From Laetmonice hystrix (Eukaryota), in NCBI GenBank assembly GCA_965235115.1, contig OZ249436.1, positions 9,054,001 to 9,118,000 on the forward strand: a stretch of DNA of 64,000 nucleotides. Reading direction: 5' to 3'. The position numbers and the translations under genes are program-made. This document shows positions 11,401 to 23,400 of the stretch, piece by piece (position 1 is the first letter of the stretch; every line of letters begins with the position of its first letter). Below the pieces are notes generated by a model that made no database searches, was not told the origin of the DNA, and saw only the letters and a program-made list of their open reading frames with translations.

Positions 11401-14400
11401 ATACATGAGGCTTATGCTCTTTAGGCCTGGACTGATGTCATATCTTGTTTTTCTGCTTTGGTGTTTTAGAGTGACTGGTACCTGAACTGACTTTATACAT
11501 GCTGGCTGTTTTAATTACAATCTACAAATCAATGACAAAACTATACATGTATGTGAAAGTTGGGTCTCGAAATATTTGTCCAATTTCAAAATGGTGGTTT
11601 TGTATAGATCTGCCGTGTGAGAGTGTGCATTGTAGTGGGCACTGGATTCTGTACCCGAATAGAACATCACAGTGTGGATCTATTTTCTTTTTGTCATGTA
11701 TGTCCTTTGTTTCAGAATGTTACTGAACTGCTGTTTAACTGTAACGTTGATTGGTTCCCCCAAAATTGTGTCTGCAGGATCAGACTGTACACAGACTGTA
11801 CAAAGAATCCATCCGTCACAGGTACTGAGTTACCTGGCCTTGCCTCCTGGATCTTGCTTGTGTGACCATGACCTGTCATTCTCCACATAAGCAATAAAGA
11901 TCTTATTACATAACAGAATTCACCTTGTTTTTTTCAGCCGGTCTTGCTACAACATTTTAGCTGTGATACAGCTATTGTTGTACTTTAAAGACCATTTTGC
12001 TTTCTGATGTCTTTGTACCTAAAGTTGGACGTAGAGTTCAGTTCACGCTTATCGCGTGGTTGGGACTATATGTAAAGAATCGGAAAGTGATAACTATGCC
12101 GATCTGCCCCCCAAAATTTGTACTCTAGGCTTAGTGTTTCTGTGTTACTGAAAAAAAGGTTGTCGCCTTTTATAATTTATAATTCAGTCCTCGTGAAGCA
12201 TGGCGGCAAATCTTTTGTAAACTGAATTTGTAGAATACAAAGTAAACAAAGTAAAGAATTAAAGGGTGGGGGTTAAAAACAAATTGCCATAGATAGCTGC
12301 AAAGGACTTGTACCGGTAACCAATTACCCGACAGATTTAACTCTGATTACCACCGCGACTGGACCTTGGCAAAGGGAATGGTAGAAGCCCAGGAATAACA
12401 TTTTTTTATTGGTCCCATAATAAAATAATGTTGAACGTGTCGAACCGAGTTCTTAGCACTGGGAAACAATTCGTGGACGAAGCCCAATTGTGAAAACTTC
12501 ATTGGCTTTTGCCTTTAAATTGTTTTCCTTGAAGGGAGCTGGTAGTTGGTCTTGATTCATATGACTCGTAGATCTTTTTCTCTCTCTTCCCCTGTAATTT
12601 AGGATGGCTAAATTACCTGATATTCAGACATAATCATGCCAAGACGGTTTTCTGTTCACAAAAGTTTTGGTAAATCTACTGGACTAGGGCTCCTTTTTGG
12701 CTTTTTTCTTGACATGGACACGATGGTATTGGAATTTACAGCGCATCATGCTTTGGAAATCGTTGCAAAATTATCGAAGTCCATGCAGTGGAAGTTGGTC
12801 AGCTGGCATTTGAAGAAATTGTGCAGAGACCATAAACCAGGCACAGTTAGGGTTCAGTTTATTCCAGGCATGTTTTAATAGAAAATGCTAGCTGTCATTT
12901 ACAGTTGCAGGGCTCAAGGATGACGGCCAGAGAGACAACCTGAAGGCTTTCTGAAGTTTCTCTTCGACAATTTCACAAAACTGGTCGCTGGCTTGTCGCC
13001 TTTTGATGTTAAAACTGAATGCGAGTGGAGTAGATTTCATGCAACACGCATTTGTCAGACTGGGGGCGTCACTTAGATATGAGTGGGACGCGTATGAAAT
13101 CAGTGGTAACTGGTCTAGAATATATGTCAATTTGGGCGACATTTTTAGACGACCTTTTCCACTTAATGACCAACTAGACAATTTATAGAGCCCGGCAATG
13201 GGGCACAAGGGAACGGTAAGTAAAGCCTGTTATCGAAGAACTAAATTGGTGAGGTAATGGGATTTAGAAATTCTTTAGAACTAAATCTTTGAAATGTCAG
13301 TGCAAGGTAATGTCCATCTCTCACCGAGGCCCTTTGAACAGATGTTGTCAAGGTCGAAGTAGTGGGTTTGTACCAGTGCTGATGTCTTCAAGGTCATTAC
13401 AAGGTTAATTTTACTTGGGAAATGGTTGGTTGAACGAGCAGAATTCCAATAGACGATGGTATAAGATGCCAACATGATGTGGTCACTCTTAGATCAGAGC
13501 TATTCTGACAACTGCTTTATGATCTTGTTAGGGTTGCAAGACGGGGAGGGGGGAGGGAAGCATTGGGTTAGATAGGAATCTTACCTTATATTATTGGTAG
13601 ATGACAACTGGCTCAAAGTTCCCATTCCCCAATCATTCATATAATGTTCAGGTTTGACATACCCACAGATATTTTGCCTATGTTATGGTATGAGAAAGGA
13701 GGGATATCCTGAGACAGGTTTGCAGTGTATGCAGCTTTTTTTGTCTTCATGATTAGCTCATTTTCTTCCTGTTGATGAGAGGTCTGATGGTCGTCTTTTC
13801 CTAATGTAGTTTGTTGTCAGGTTTGTTCCAGCAGTTTTGATGGTTAGAGATTTGACGGAAGGTCAAGAAAGCTGTTGTTTGCGTCATATTTTATTAAGTT
13901 GGGCCATGTTCAAATTCGCAATTAACAGGAATTTGTAGAGCAAATTTCCTTATGGCCATGGGAGATCTGTATAGTTTTGTCAGAGCTCATGTTTGAGAGT
14001 CCTAATTAAACTACAGTAGGGAGAATCCCGAATATGGGCTTTGGTATTATTATATCTCTGTCTTAGGTGCCTTCTTGTTATTCCTGTAATTTCCAATGGG
14101 AACAAAGACCTAAATACCTCTAAAGGGGACCTCCTTTTTTCGTTTTTTCCCCTAAGCGATGTTTATATTGTGTGCTCACCTTGAAGCCTTCAGGTACAGG
14201 TGGAAGTGCCATGGGTTGTACGCCAGCTCGACCAGCTGCTGTCATCTCGAAGAGTGGCAGGCCTTCAACTGTTTGGCATCCAAGGGTACTCTAGGAGCAC
14301 CCATCACACATTAACCAGACAACCAGTCTGTTCTTAGACTTAAATTGGAATTAAGTGCAATTTCAAACACCGTCCATCAGGAAAAAGAACCAGTTTCTTT

Positions 14401-17400
14401 TATTTAGGGACAGAAATTGTAATTTGTACACCCTGAAAGTAAACAATATGACACGAAAGCATCTTAGAACTTTCACATGAAATGATGCCAAAAGAGTTTT
14501 TTGTGCAGTTTTGTTTTTTTATGTGTAATGGAAAATTATTCTTTCTATCAGACTATCCTTGAACGTTTTCAAAAGAAAGAAAATGGCTTTGATTTGCAAT
14601 TTTTTCACCCTGGTCAGGAGAACCTTTTCTCTAAAAGAAGAAACAAGATTTGTCAAATGTATTTTGTCATATGTTGTGTTTAGGCTGCTGAATGAATTCC
14701 ATGATTTGGGCACATTTGACCGTATTCTTCACAAAGGTCATTTATTCCTTGCCTTCATGGACACTTTAGGTAATAGTTAAGTCGTGGTTAGCATGAACTG
14801 ACCACATTTGTTAGATGCTTGCTTACAACGTCTTAAATGCTCATGAACTGTGTCTTTTTTATTTAAGCAGGGTGGAGATCCAGTATCATTTGAGAAGTTG
14901 ACTAAGGTATCCGTCTTTTTACGATTGTCTTCTAGACATAGGTGTATGTTGCATCCCTGGATGCTAAATACAGAATATGTTGTATAAAATACATGCATTT
15001 AAAGATGTTCTAGTGTTATACAAGAAGTTCATAATGAGAGACAGAGATGGAGGAGGGGAAGAAATGTCTAATTTCAAATTGTGCAGTCCTAACAATAGCC
15101 ATGAATTAATCACCCACCTTATATAAGCAAAAGAAATCGACAGATAGTGGTTTATGATGCAGTCAAAACTTGTTATGCTTAGTGTGAATGATAGTTGCAA
15201 CATGACAGGTGGGTATGTTTTACTCTTGCAGACAGCAGATCTTGTGAGTGCCAATGCCTCGGAGGATGACAAAATTAAGGCAATGATGCAGCAAGCCACA
15301 AAGGATTATGACCAGTCCAAGTAAGCAGAGGAACAGAGCATAATTGGCATTATATTCTCACAGGAATAGGAATTACACAGAAATTGCCAACCTTAGTCAA
15401 TTTGGGAAAACTCGTATCTCACTGTGTGTGGCATTGGGGTTTAAGTTAACATGAATTTCTTGTTTCTTGTTTAACATTGTTCCTGATTTTCTTTGTCCTC
15501 TAGACATTTCCTTATGCTTTCAGCTATATCAAGCCAAAGTTTCCATCAGGGCCACCTCCAAATGGCTATGTCTGCCACAGGTGCCAAAAACCTGGACACT
15601 ACATTCACACCTGTCCAGTCCGCCTTGCTGTAAGTCAAAGGATAATTGCTTTAAACTGTATATTTTAAAGAAAAGTAGTAAAACAACAAAGTTTCTGTGA
15701 TAATATATTGTACACAAGCATCATTTTCCACTTAATATCTTCCATATTGTTTTAGAAACTTTACATATACCCTAGTTTCAATTGATGAAAAGTTGCAGCC
15801 TTCTGCCAGATGAAATTGATTGAAAGCATTAAATTTTTAATTAAATTGCTCTTGGGTAATTTCAGGAGGGTCCGATTCCTGAGCCTCGAATGAAGCGAAG
15901 TTCTGGAATACCCCAGAGTTTCCTTACTCCAGTCAATGACCCGAGCCTACCAGGTGCCATGCTAACAGCTCATGGATATGCCGTGTCAACAATTGATGCG
16001 TAAGTAACCTCATGTTAGGTACATGTTGGGAAAGAATACGCTGATTTTGAAAAGGTTGTATGTGTGTGTTAGCAGGGTTCCCAGCCACTCTGGAAATCAG
16101 GGAAAACCTTGAAAATGAGGTTCCATTTTTCCAGACAGGGAATACTCAGGGAATCGGGGGGGAGGGGGGAAACATAAGAAATCGGGGAAAACTCAGGGAA
16201 TTTGACAGTGCCGCAGAGGTGAAAGGTTCTCATCAGTTAATTTAATTTGGCATGTGCATCTTCAGCATGTCCTAAGTTGTATCCATTTGACTAATTTGTA
16301 GAGTAGCTGTTTAGCGTTTATACAGTGTGAAGAATACACCTCTCCAGACCATTATGGCTGGCTATGCTATCTATAAAACACAAAATATTTCTCATGGAAT
16401 TTTGGAAATATCTCGGGGGGGGGGGGGGAGGGGAAACTCAAGGATTTTGATTTCTACAAAATGCTGGGAACCCTGGTTATGAATTTGAGATTTTCATCAT
16501 ATCATTACCATAGTGTATACTGACAAGCGGATTGTGGTAATAGCTTTAACTGCATGCTTGTTTCAGATTTGCATATCAACAAGGCAAGAAAGAAAAGCCA
16601 CCATTTGTGAAGTCTAACTCGCCAGAACACCAATCAGCTGATGAGAAGAAGATTCCAAATGAGCTGCTTTGTCTTCTTTGTAAGGACATTGTAACAGATG
16701 CAGTTGTCATACCCTGTTGTGGCAATTCATACTGCGATGAATGTAAGTTAAAAATATCCCTTTCTTTTGTTTTACATTTGTTTGTTTTTCTAAATGTAAA
16801 GAATGAGTGCTTTATGCAGATCAGCATATTTCAACTTGTCTGTGGCCTCAGGCCCAATATTCCTTCTAGTAATGCATTATGACCTTAGATTAATTGACCC
16901 AAAATTACGATTTTGCCACATCAAAGCCCCATTATAATAGCAGACTTAAAACTTGTTTTAGATGAAATGTGGTAATCACATTTAGAGCCCATTCATTAGT
17001 TATGGCTGTGAACATGTCTGTCACAAGTCACCAAATTTATTTACAGATGTATTCCACTTCAATTTAGTTGCTGACTTATTATTCATGGGATTCTTATCCT
17101 TAGAAATTGACGTAGAGGAATTCTCATCCTCATAAGTTGGCATCTGCCAATGTAAAAAAAGGTTGAGATTTATTTTACCGTTGCCCTGAAATGTATCAAT
17201 GAAGTAAAAGTTAATAACGTTGGTCCTCCTTCTGTATGACAGGTATTCGAGAGGCTCTCCTAGAATCTGAAGACCATACATGTCCAACCTGTGGAGAATC
17301 AGAAATGTCCCCTGATGGACTAGTTCCAAACAAGTTTCTACGCACAGCTGTTGGCAATTTCCTCAACGAGACAGGCTACACAAAAGTGAAGAAGTCTGTT

Positions 17401-20400
17401 CCAGGACAGGAAGCACCCCCGGCAGCCCAACCCAGCCTTCCTCCACAAGGTCCCCCACAAGGTCCTCCAAAACATCCATATCAAGGTCAGTTTTTCTGAT
17501 AATAATTAGAAAATAGGAAAACTAAATGAAATTTCAGATAACTATAGGTACATTTGTAATAGCATGAGTTAAACATAAAATCATAGTATTTCCTTTTATT
17601 TTGTTGTGTAGGCCCACGCTCTGATAATCAAGTTGATACAAATGGACCTCGGCAAGACTTCAGACCACGTCCAAGACATCGCCCCAGCCCTCCTCAACAC
17701 AATTCAGGTCCACCTTACAGGTAGGTTGGCCAAGTGAGATCAATCATATTGTGTCAGCTGAAGATAAGGAAAAGCTATATACGAGCCTTTTTTCACAAAT
17801 ACACGTATGTACTTCATTTTATTGCCAAAACTACAGTACTTGGGAATTAACAAATCATGACTCCAATTTTTTGGCAGAGAGGGCCCTCCTTACAGACGTC
17901 CAAGCACACCAACAAGGGATGAGCCATTCTTCCGTAGAGAACGAGAGAGAGATTGGGACAGAGATAGGGATCGCGATCGGAGAAATTGGGACAGGGACAG
18001 AGAGAGAGAGCGGAACTGGGATAGAGACAGAGATCGGGACAGGTACAGAGACAGGGAAAGAGAACGACAAAATGAAGAGAACAGAATGACGGTAAGATCC
18101 TAGCATTCACATACATGATAATATCACAGTACACAAGATGCTGTATTTAGATGTACTTCCAATTTGGATGCTCATGCTACGTTTTGGTGATTATTCCCTG
18201 CTTGAAGATGTCAGTTTGTAAACCATTACCCTGTACATCAGTGTCCTTCAGTTTGTAAGGCCCTGAAATATGAAGTCTTTAAGAATTTCCTTATCTTGCC
18301 ATTTGCAGGGTCCAAGACGATTTGTGAACCGTGGTATCACAGAATCAAGTAAGAAATAGCATCATCAAAAGTACTATCTGGCTTGGTTTAATAAAAGCAT
18401 GGTTTTAAAAACCAACAGTTCAAAAGAAATCCTCACCTTCTAAAAGTAATAGTTACTACATTACTGGCAGTGCTGCCACTTAATACTTTTTTAGCCCCCA
18501 CAACGGGGGGCTTATAATTCGACCTCCGTCCGTCCGTCCGTCCGTCCGTATGTCCGTAGACAGCGATTTCTCAGAAGTGTATGGGTCGATTTCTTTGAAA
18601 CTTCACACAAGGATCAGGGATGAACTGAGGATGATGCACGTCAAACAGATTTTTGATATCATTCAAAATGGCCGCTTGGCGGCCATCTTGGGTGTAAACA
18701 CATTTTGAGCAATAACTCAGCCAAAACAATCACGATTTCTTTCAAACATGGTGCAGGGATGAGGCATAATGAGGGCCAATATGCACCACAATAAAATTTC
18801 AATTCAGATCCAAAATGGCGAGATGGCGGCCATATTTGTTTCTTGACCCCCACAATGACACTGTTTTGGCTTATATCTCGAAAACGGTGCAAGATGGCGC
18901 AATAGTTACTATTATTGATAGATAGGAAGTCATATATGACGTTTCATTTGGCGCCATTTTCGATGACCTTGAGCGACCTTGAAAGGTCAATCAAGGTCAT
19001 GCATATTTTCAATAGCCTGGATCTTCAAAACAATTAAAGATAACGACATAATCTTGCAAGAAACATTACATAATGATCCGGGACAGTCCACGGATGAGGC
19101 AGGTCAAAGATATTTTTGACATCAGTCAAAATGGCCGCGTGGTGGCCATCTTGGATGTAAACACATTTGGAGTAATAACTCACACAAAACGATCCCGATT
19201 TCTTTCAAATTTGGTGGAAAGAAGGTGTATATGAGGGGCAATGTATATGCCAATGTATTGCCAGATCAGTGCAAATATGGCGACATGGCGGCCATATTAA
19301 TATTTTACCCCCCCTATAACACTGTTTTGGCTCATATCTCGAAAACGGTGCAAGATAAGGCAATAGTTATTATTACTGACAGATAGGAAGTCATATATGA
19401 CGTTTCATTTGGCGCCGTTTTCGATGACCTTGAGCGACCTTGAAAGGTCAATCAAGGTCATGCATATTTGCAATAGCCTGGATCTTCAAAACAGTTAAAG
19501 ATAACGACATAATCTTGCATGAAACATTACATAATGATCCGGGACAGTCCACGGATGAGGCAGGTCAAAGATATTTTTGACATCAGTCAAAATGGCCGCG
19601 TGGTGGCCATCTTGGATGTAAACACATTTGGAGTAATAACTCACACAAAACGATCACGATTTCTTTCATATTTGGTGGAAAGAAGGTGTATATGAGGGGC
19701 AATGTATATGCCAATGTATTTCCAGATCAGAGGAAATATGGCGACATGGCAGCCATATTAATATTTTACTCCCCCCCTCATAACACTGTTTTGGCTCATA
19801 TCTCGAAAACGGTGCAAGATAAGGCAACAGTTATTATTATTGATAGATAGGAAGTCATATATGAAGTTTCATTTGGCGTCATTTTCCATGACCTTGAGCG
19901 AACTTGAAAGGTCAATCAAGGTCATGCATATTTTAATGGCCTGTACCTCCAAACCAGTTGAAAATAACATCTAATCTTGCATGAAACATTACATAATAAC
20001 CAGGGACAGTCTAAGGAGGACACAGGTCAAATATATCATTAAAAATGGCTGCTTGGTGGCCATCTTGGATTTAAAGAAATTCGAAGCAATAACTGACATT
20101 TTCTGGATTTCGTTCTTGCTGACAGAATGCATGAGGGGCAACAAGCGTGCCAAAAGTACGCATAGTTCCCGGACCCACAGATAATTTGTCCCTATCAGTT
20201 GGTTCACGCCAGACAATGCTATCAAACTGTACATAACTGACCTCTAAAGGTCAATCGAGGTCAAGCATATCTACAAAACACTTCATGTCGGATAACACTA
20301 TCAAACTGTACATAACTGCATAGTTATTGCAGACACATGCATCTTTACGCCGGATAACGCCATCAAGCTGTACATATAACTGCACAGAACTTTACTAAGT

Positions 20401-23400
20401 TTACAAAGTTTCATTTGACAATATTTCCTTTGCCCTTCAAAGATCAGTTGAAGTCGTGCATCGTTTTTTCAAGAATCCATAGTTTGTGGTGGGGGCTATA
20501 AGCTTCACAAGCTTGTTTTAAGTATTTTACCTAAATTATAAAAAAAAGCTACTTTTCTATACTTTTTTATTCATAAGTAAATAAATTTTTTGACCAAAAA
20601 ATGGTCTGTCTGCTGTTGGTGACCAAGTGACAGCATACTGAAATGCAGAACTGAGGGTTCAGCAGTCAAAACTCCTCGCAACAGCAAATGTCACTTGCTT
20701 GCTTGCTTGTTCACAATTAACCTAACAATACAAGGAAACGAATTGTTACAGATTATAGTAGATCTATGGGCTAAATCTGTACTTTTTTGGAATTTTTTTT
20801 CAGACTTTTTATACATTGTTTTGTACTTTTTTCTTGAAAGATTTTATATTTTTGGGGGGACAAATCCAGAGTGGCAGAACTGTACTCGTAAATATACACT
20901 AGGATGACTTATTTATTTGATCACCTGATTAATATTCTATTTTCTACTCTAGACATCATAAGCCTGACTGGAGCAGGGGGTGCACCACCACCAGCATTAG
21001 CACCAACCCCATCCTTGCACCCGGAGCCACATATTCAAGCACCACCTACAAGGTACGGTAAAACCTATATCTGACTTTTTATTTCTTTTAAAGAAGTAAA
21101 ATTGTTCTTGTTGATGCTGATGACAGTAATTTGAGTTTGACATGACATGACATTGAAATGTGAAGATGACCCATCAAATAAGTGTCCTATGGGTCATTGA
21201 CCCATTGAGGCTTAAGTTTACCCCAAAACTATCTCTGTGATAGTGTTGTATTGTCAAGTCATAAATTGGAAACATGAATGTGGCCTTTTGTTGAGGTGTA
21301 TTATAATGCTGTTGTGTCTGTATAATCCATGTGAAAAGAGGGTAATTTACAAGCAATAAATGAAACTGAATTGTTTGCCACTTAATTGGCTCTTCCTTCT
21401 GTAAACATGTATAATGTATCAGGGTTTCCGCCAGAGGGTAAATTTCCATACCCTAAAATTTTTCCAGGGTACGGATCCTAACCCTAACCCTAACCCCTCC
21501 TCTGATCCGTACCCTAAATTTTTTTCCCGGCGGAAACCCTGTGTATATACTATACTGTACTTTGGCCTTTTTAAATATTTCATTTTCTATTTAACAAATT
21601 TCAATGGATTAAAGGGGGGAAAACAAACATAGGAATTTTATTTCTCATTCCATGAGAAGAACTAAATGTTGCCACCTGTTGTAGTTACATCCTGCAGTCA
21701 CCAATCTGTGGCCTTTTTTTATGACCTGGACACTGGTTATTTAGAACTGGTGCAGACTTGTGTGAAAGTGTCTTGAAGTTTTTATTTTATTACAGTCTCC
21801 CAGCGGCTCCTCCAGTCCAGCCAATGCCACCAACATTATCTGCTGCTCAACCAGAGCCTTATCCACCAGCGCCTCCGAGGGAGCAACCGCTGCCATTGCC
21901 GACACCAGCACCCAGTCTTTATCCGCCAGTTTCTCCACATGACCCACCAGCTACCATTGCCCCACCACCCAGACCGATGCCACCAATGCCAGCCCCGATG
22001 CCTCCACTACCTCATGGCCCGTTACAAATGCGTGGTCCAGCTCCTCCTCCAGTTCCCTTCCGTGGGCTGCCTCCAGGTGAATGTTTACCAACTGTCTGAG
22101 TAAATATATGAATTATTGAAATATGATCATGTTTTATGGCTCAGAACCTCTAGTGGTGCAGTTAACTGTGAAAAAGGCCAATACATAAAATCAGAAAAAA
22201 ATTATAAATAATAGATTGTAGTGATGTACCATTCTAATTTCATGTATTTCCTTCTTGTCTGTCAGGACCAGGTCCACGACCTCTACCACCACCTGGGATG
22301 CTCATGGGTGGTCCAAGGGGACCCCCACATCCAGGCTACCCACCCCCACCCCATATGCGGGGCCCACATCCACTGCAACCACTTACACCAGCACAATTCT
22401 ATCGTGAAAAAGAGCGTTTGTTAGCTGCTGAATCAACGATACCGCCCAGGTATGTGACAGAGCTGTAGTAGTGTTAATAGTAACTTTGGTGTCTGTAATA
22501 ACTAGTTAAAATCATTCATACTGCATATATCACTGGCAAATGTGTATGAAAGGAGAGTTAACTCGTGTTATAAACATAACTTTAAAAATGGCTGAATGAG
22601 TAACAATTTTCACGTTCAAAATAGAAATAGGACTCTTTCTGGGAAGGGCAACTGATGAGGGACAGTTATATTTTCAGCCAAAAAACAGATCCATTGGATG
22701 ACTTTGCCCGTGAGTTGAAAGAATACGAACTAGAACACAAATGGAGGCGTCATTCTCGATCTGTGTAAGCATGTTTACATGTTCTTTGGCTTCCCAATGT
22801 GACAATGTTATATTATTTACAGATATTTGTAAGTAGGCACTACCTCCTGAGCTATATTAACCAGTACTTAAATATATTCTTCCTGAGAATGAGGTTATAG
22901 TTTCAATGAAGAGAGAGGCTAATTCTTGTTATGATGGTCAGATGCGTACAGATGTCTCTTGGATGGATAACGAAATATCTAGCAGGACAACTATACATAA
23001 AGTACATTTTGTGGTGTAAGTGAATTAACCATGTCTTTTTTTCTCTCGTACTTAGTTCCGTCAGCAAATCCCGCTCTAGGTCAGTTTCAAGATCACGATC
23101 AAGATCACGTTCACGTTCTCGCTTCACATCATCAAGATCAAGATCCAGGTCCCGTTCATGGACTCCACGTTCCAGGTCACGGTCACGATCCAGAGGTAGA
23201 GGTAGATCAAGATCAAGGTCACGGTCAAGATCACGGTCAAGATCATTCTCCAGGGGAAGAAAATCAAGGTCTAGAACAAGGTCAAGATCACGGTCTTTCT
23301 CTAAGCCAAGGTCAATCCGTCCAATCAAAAGGTCACGTACACGTTCCAGATCAAGGTCACGTTCTCTGAGTCCACGATCAAGATCCCGGTCAAGATCTCG

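Noticed and set aside
18659..18892. Duplicated 77-aa ORF (also 59137-59370) as a gene pair
   Set aside because: Lies inside the two copies of the non-autonomous element and has no recognisable domain.
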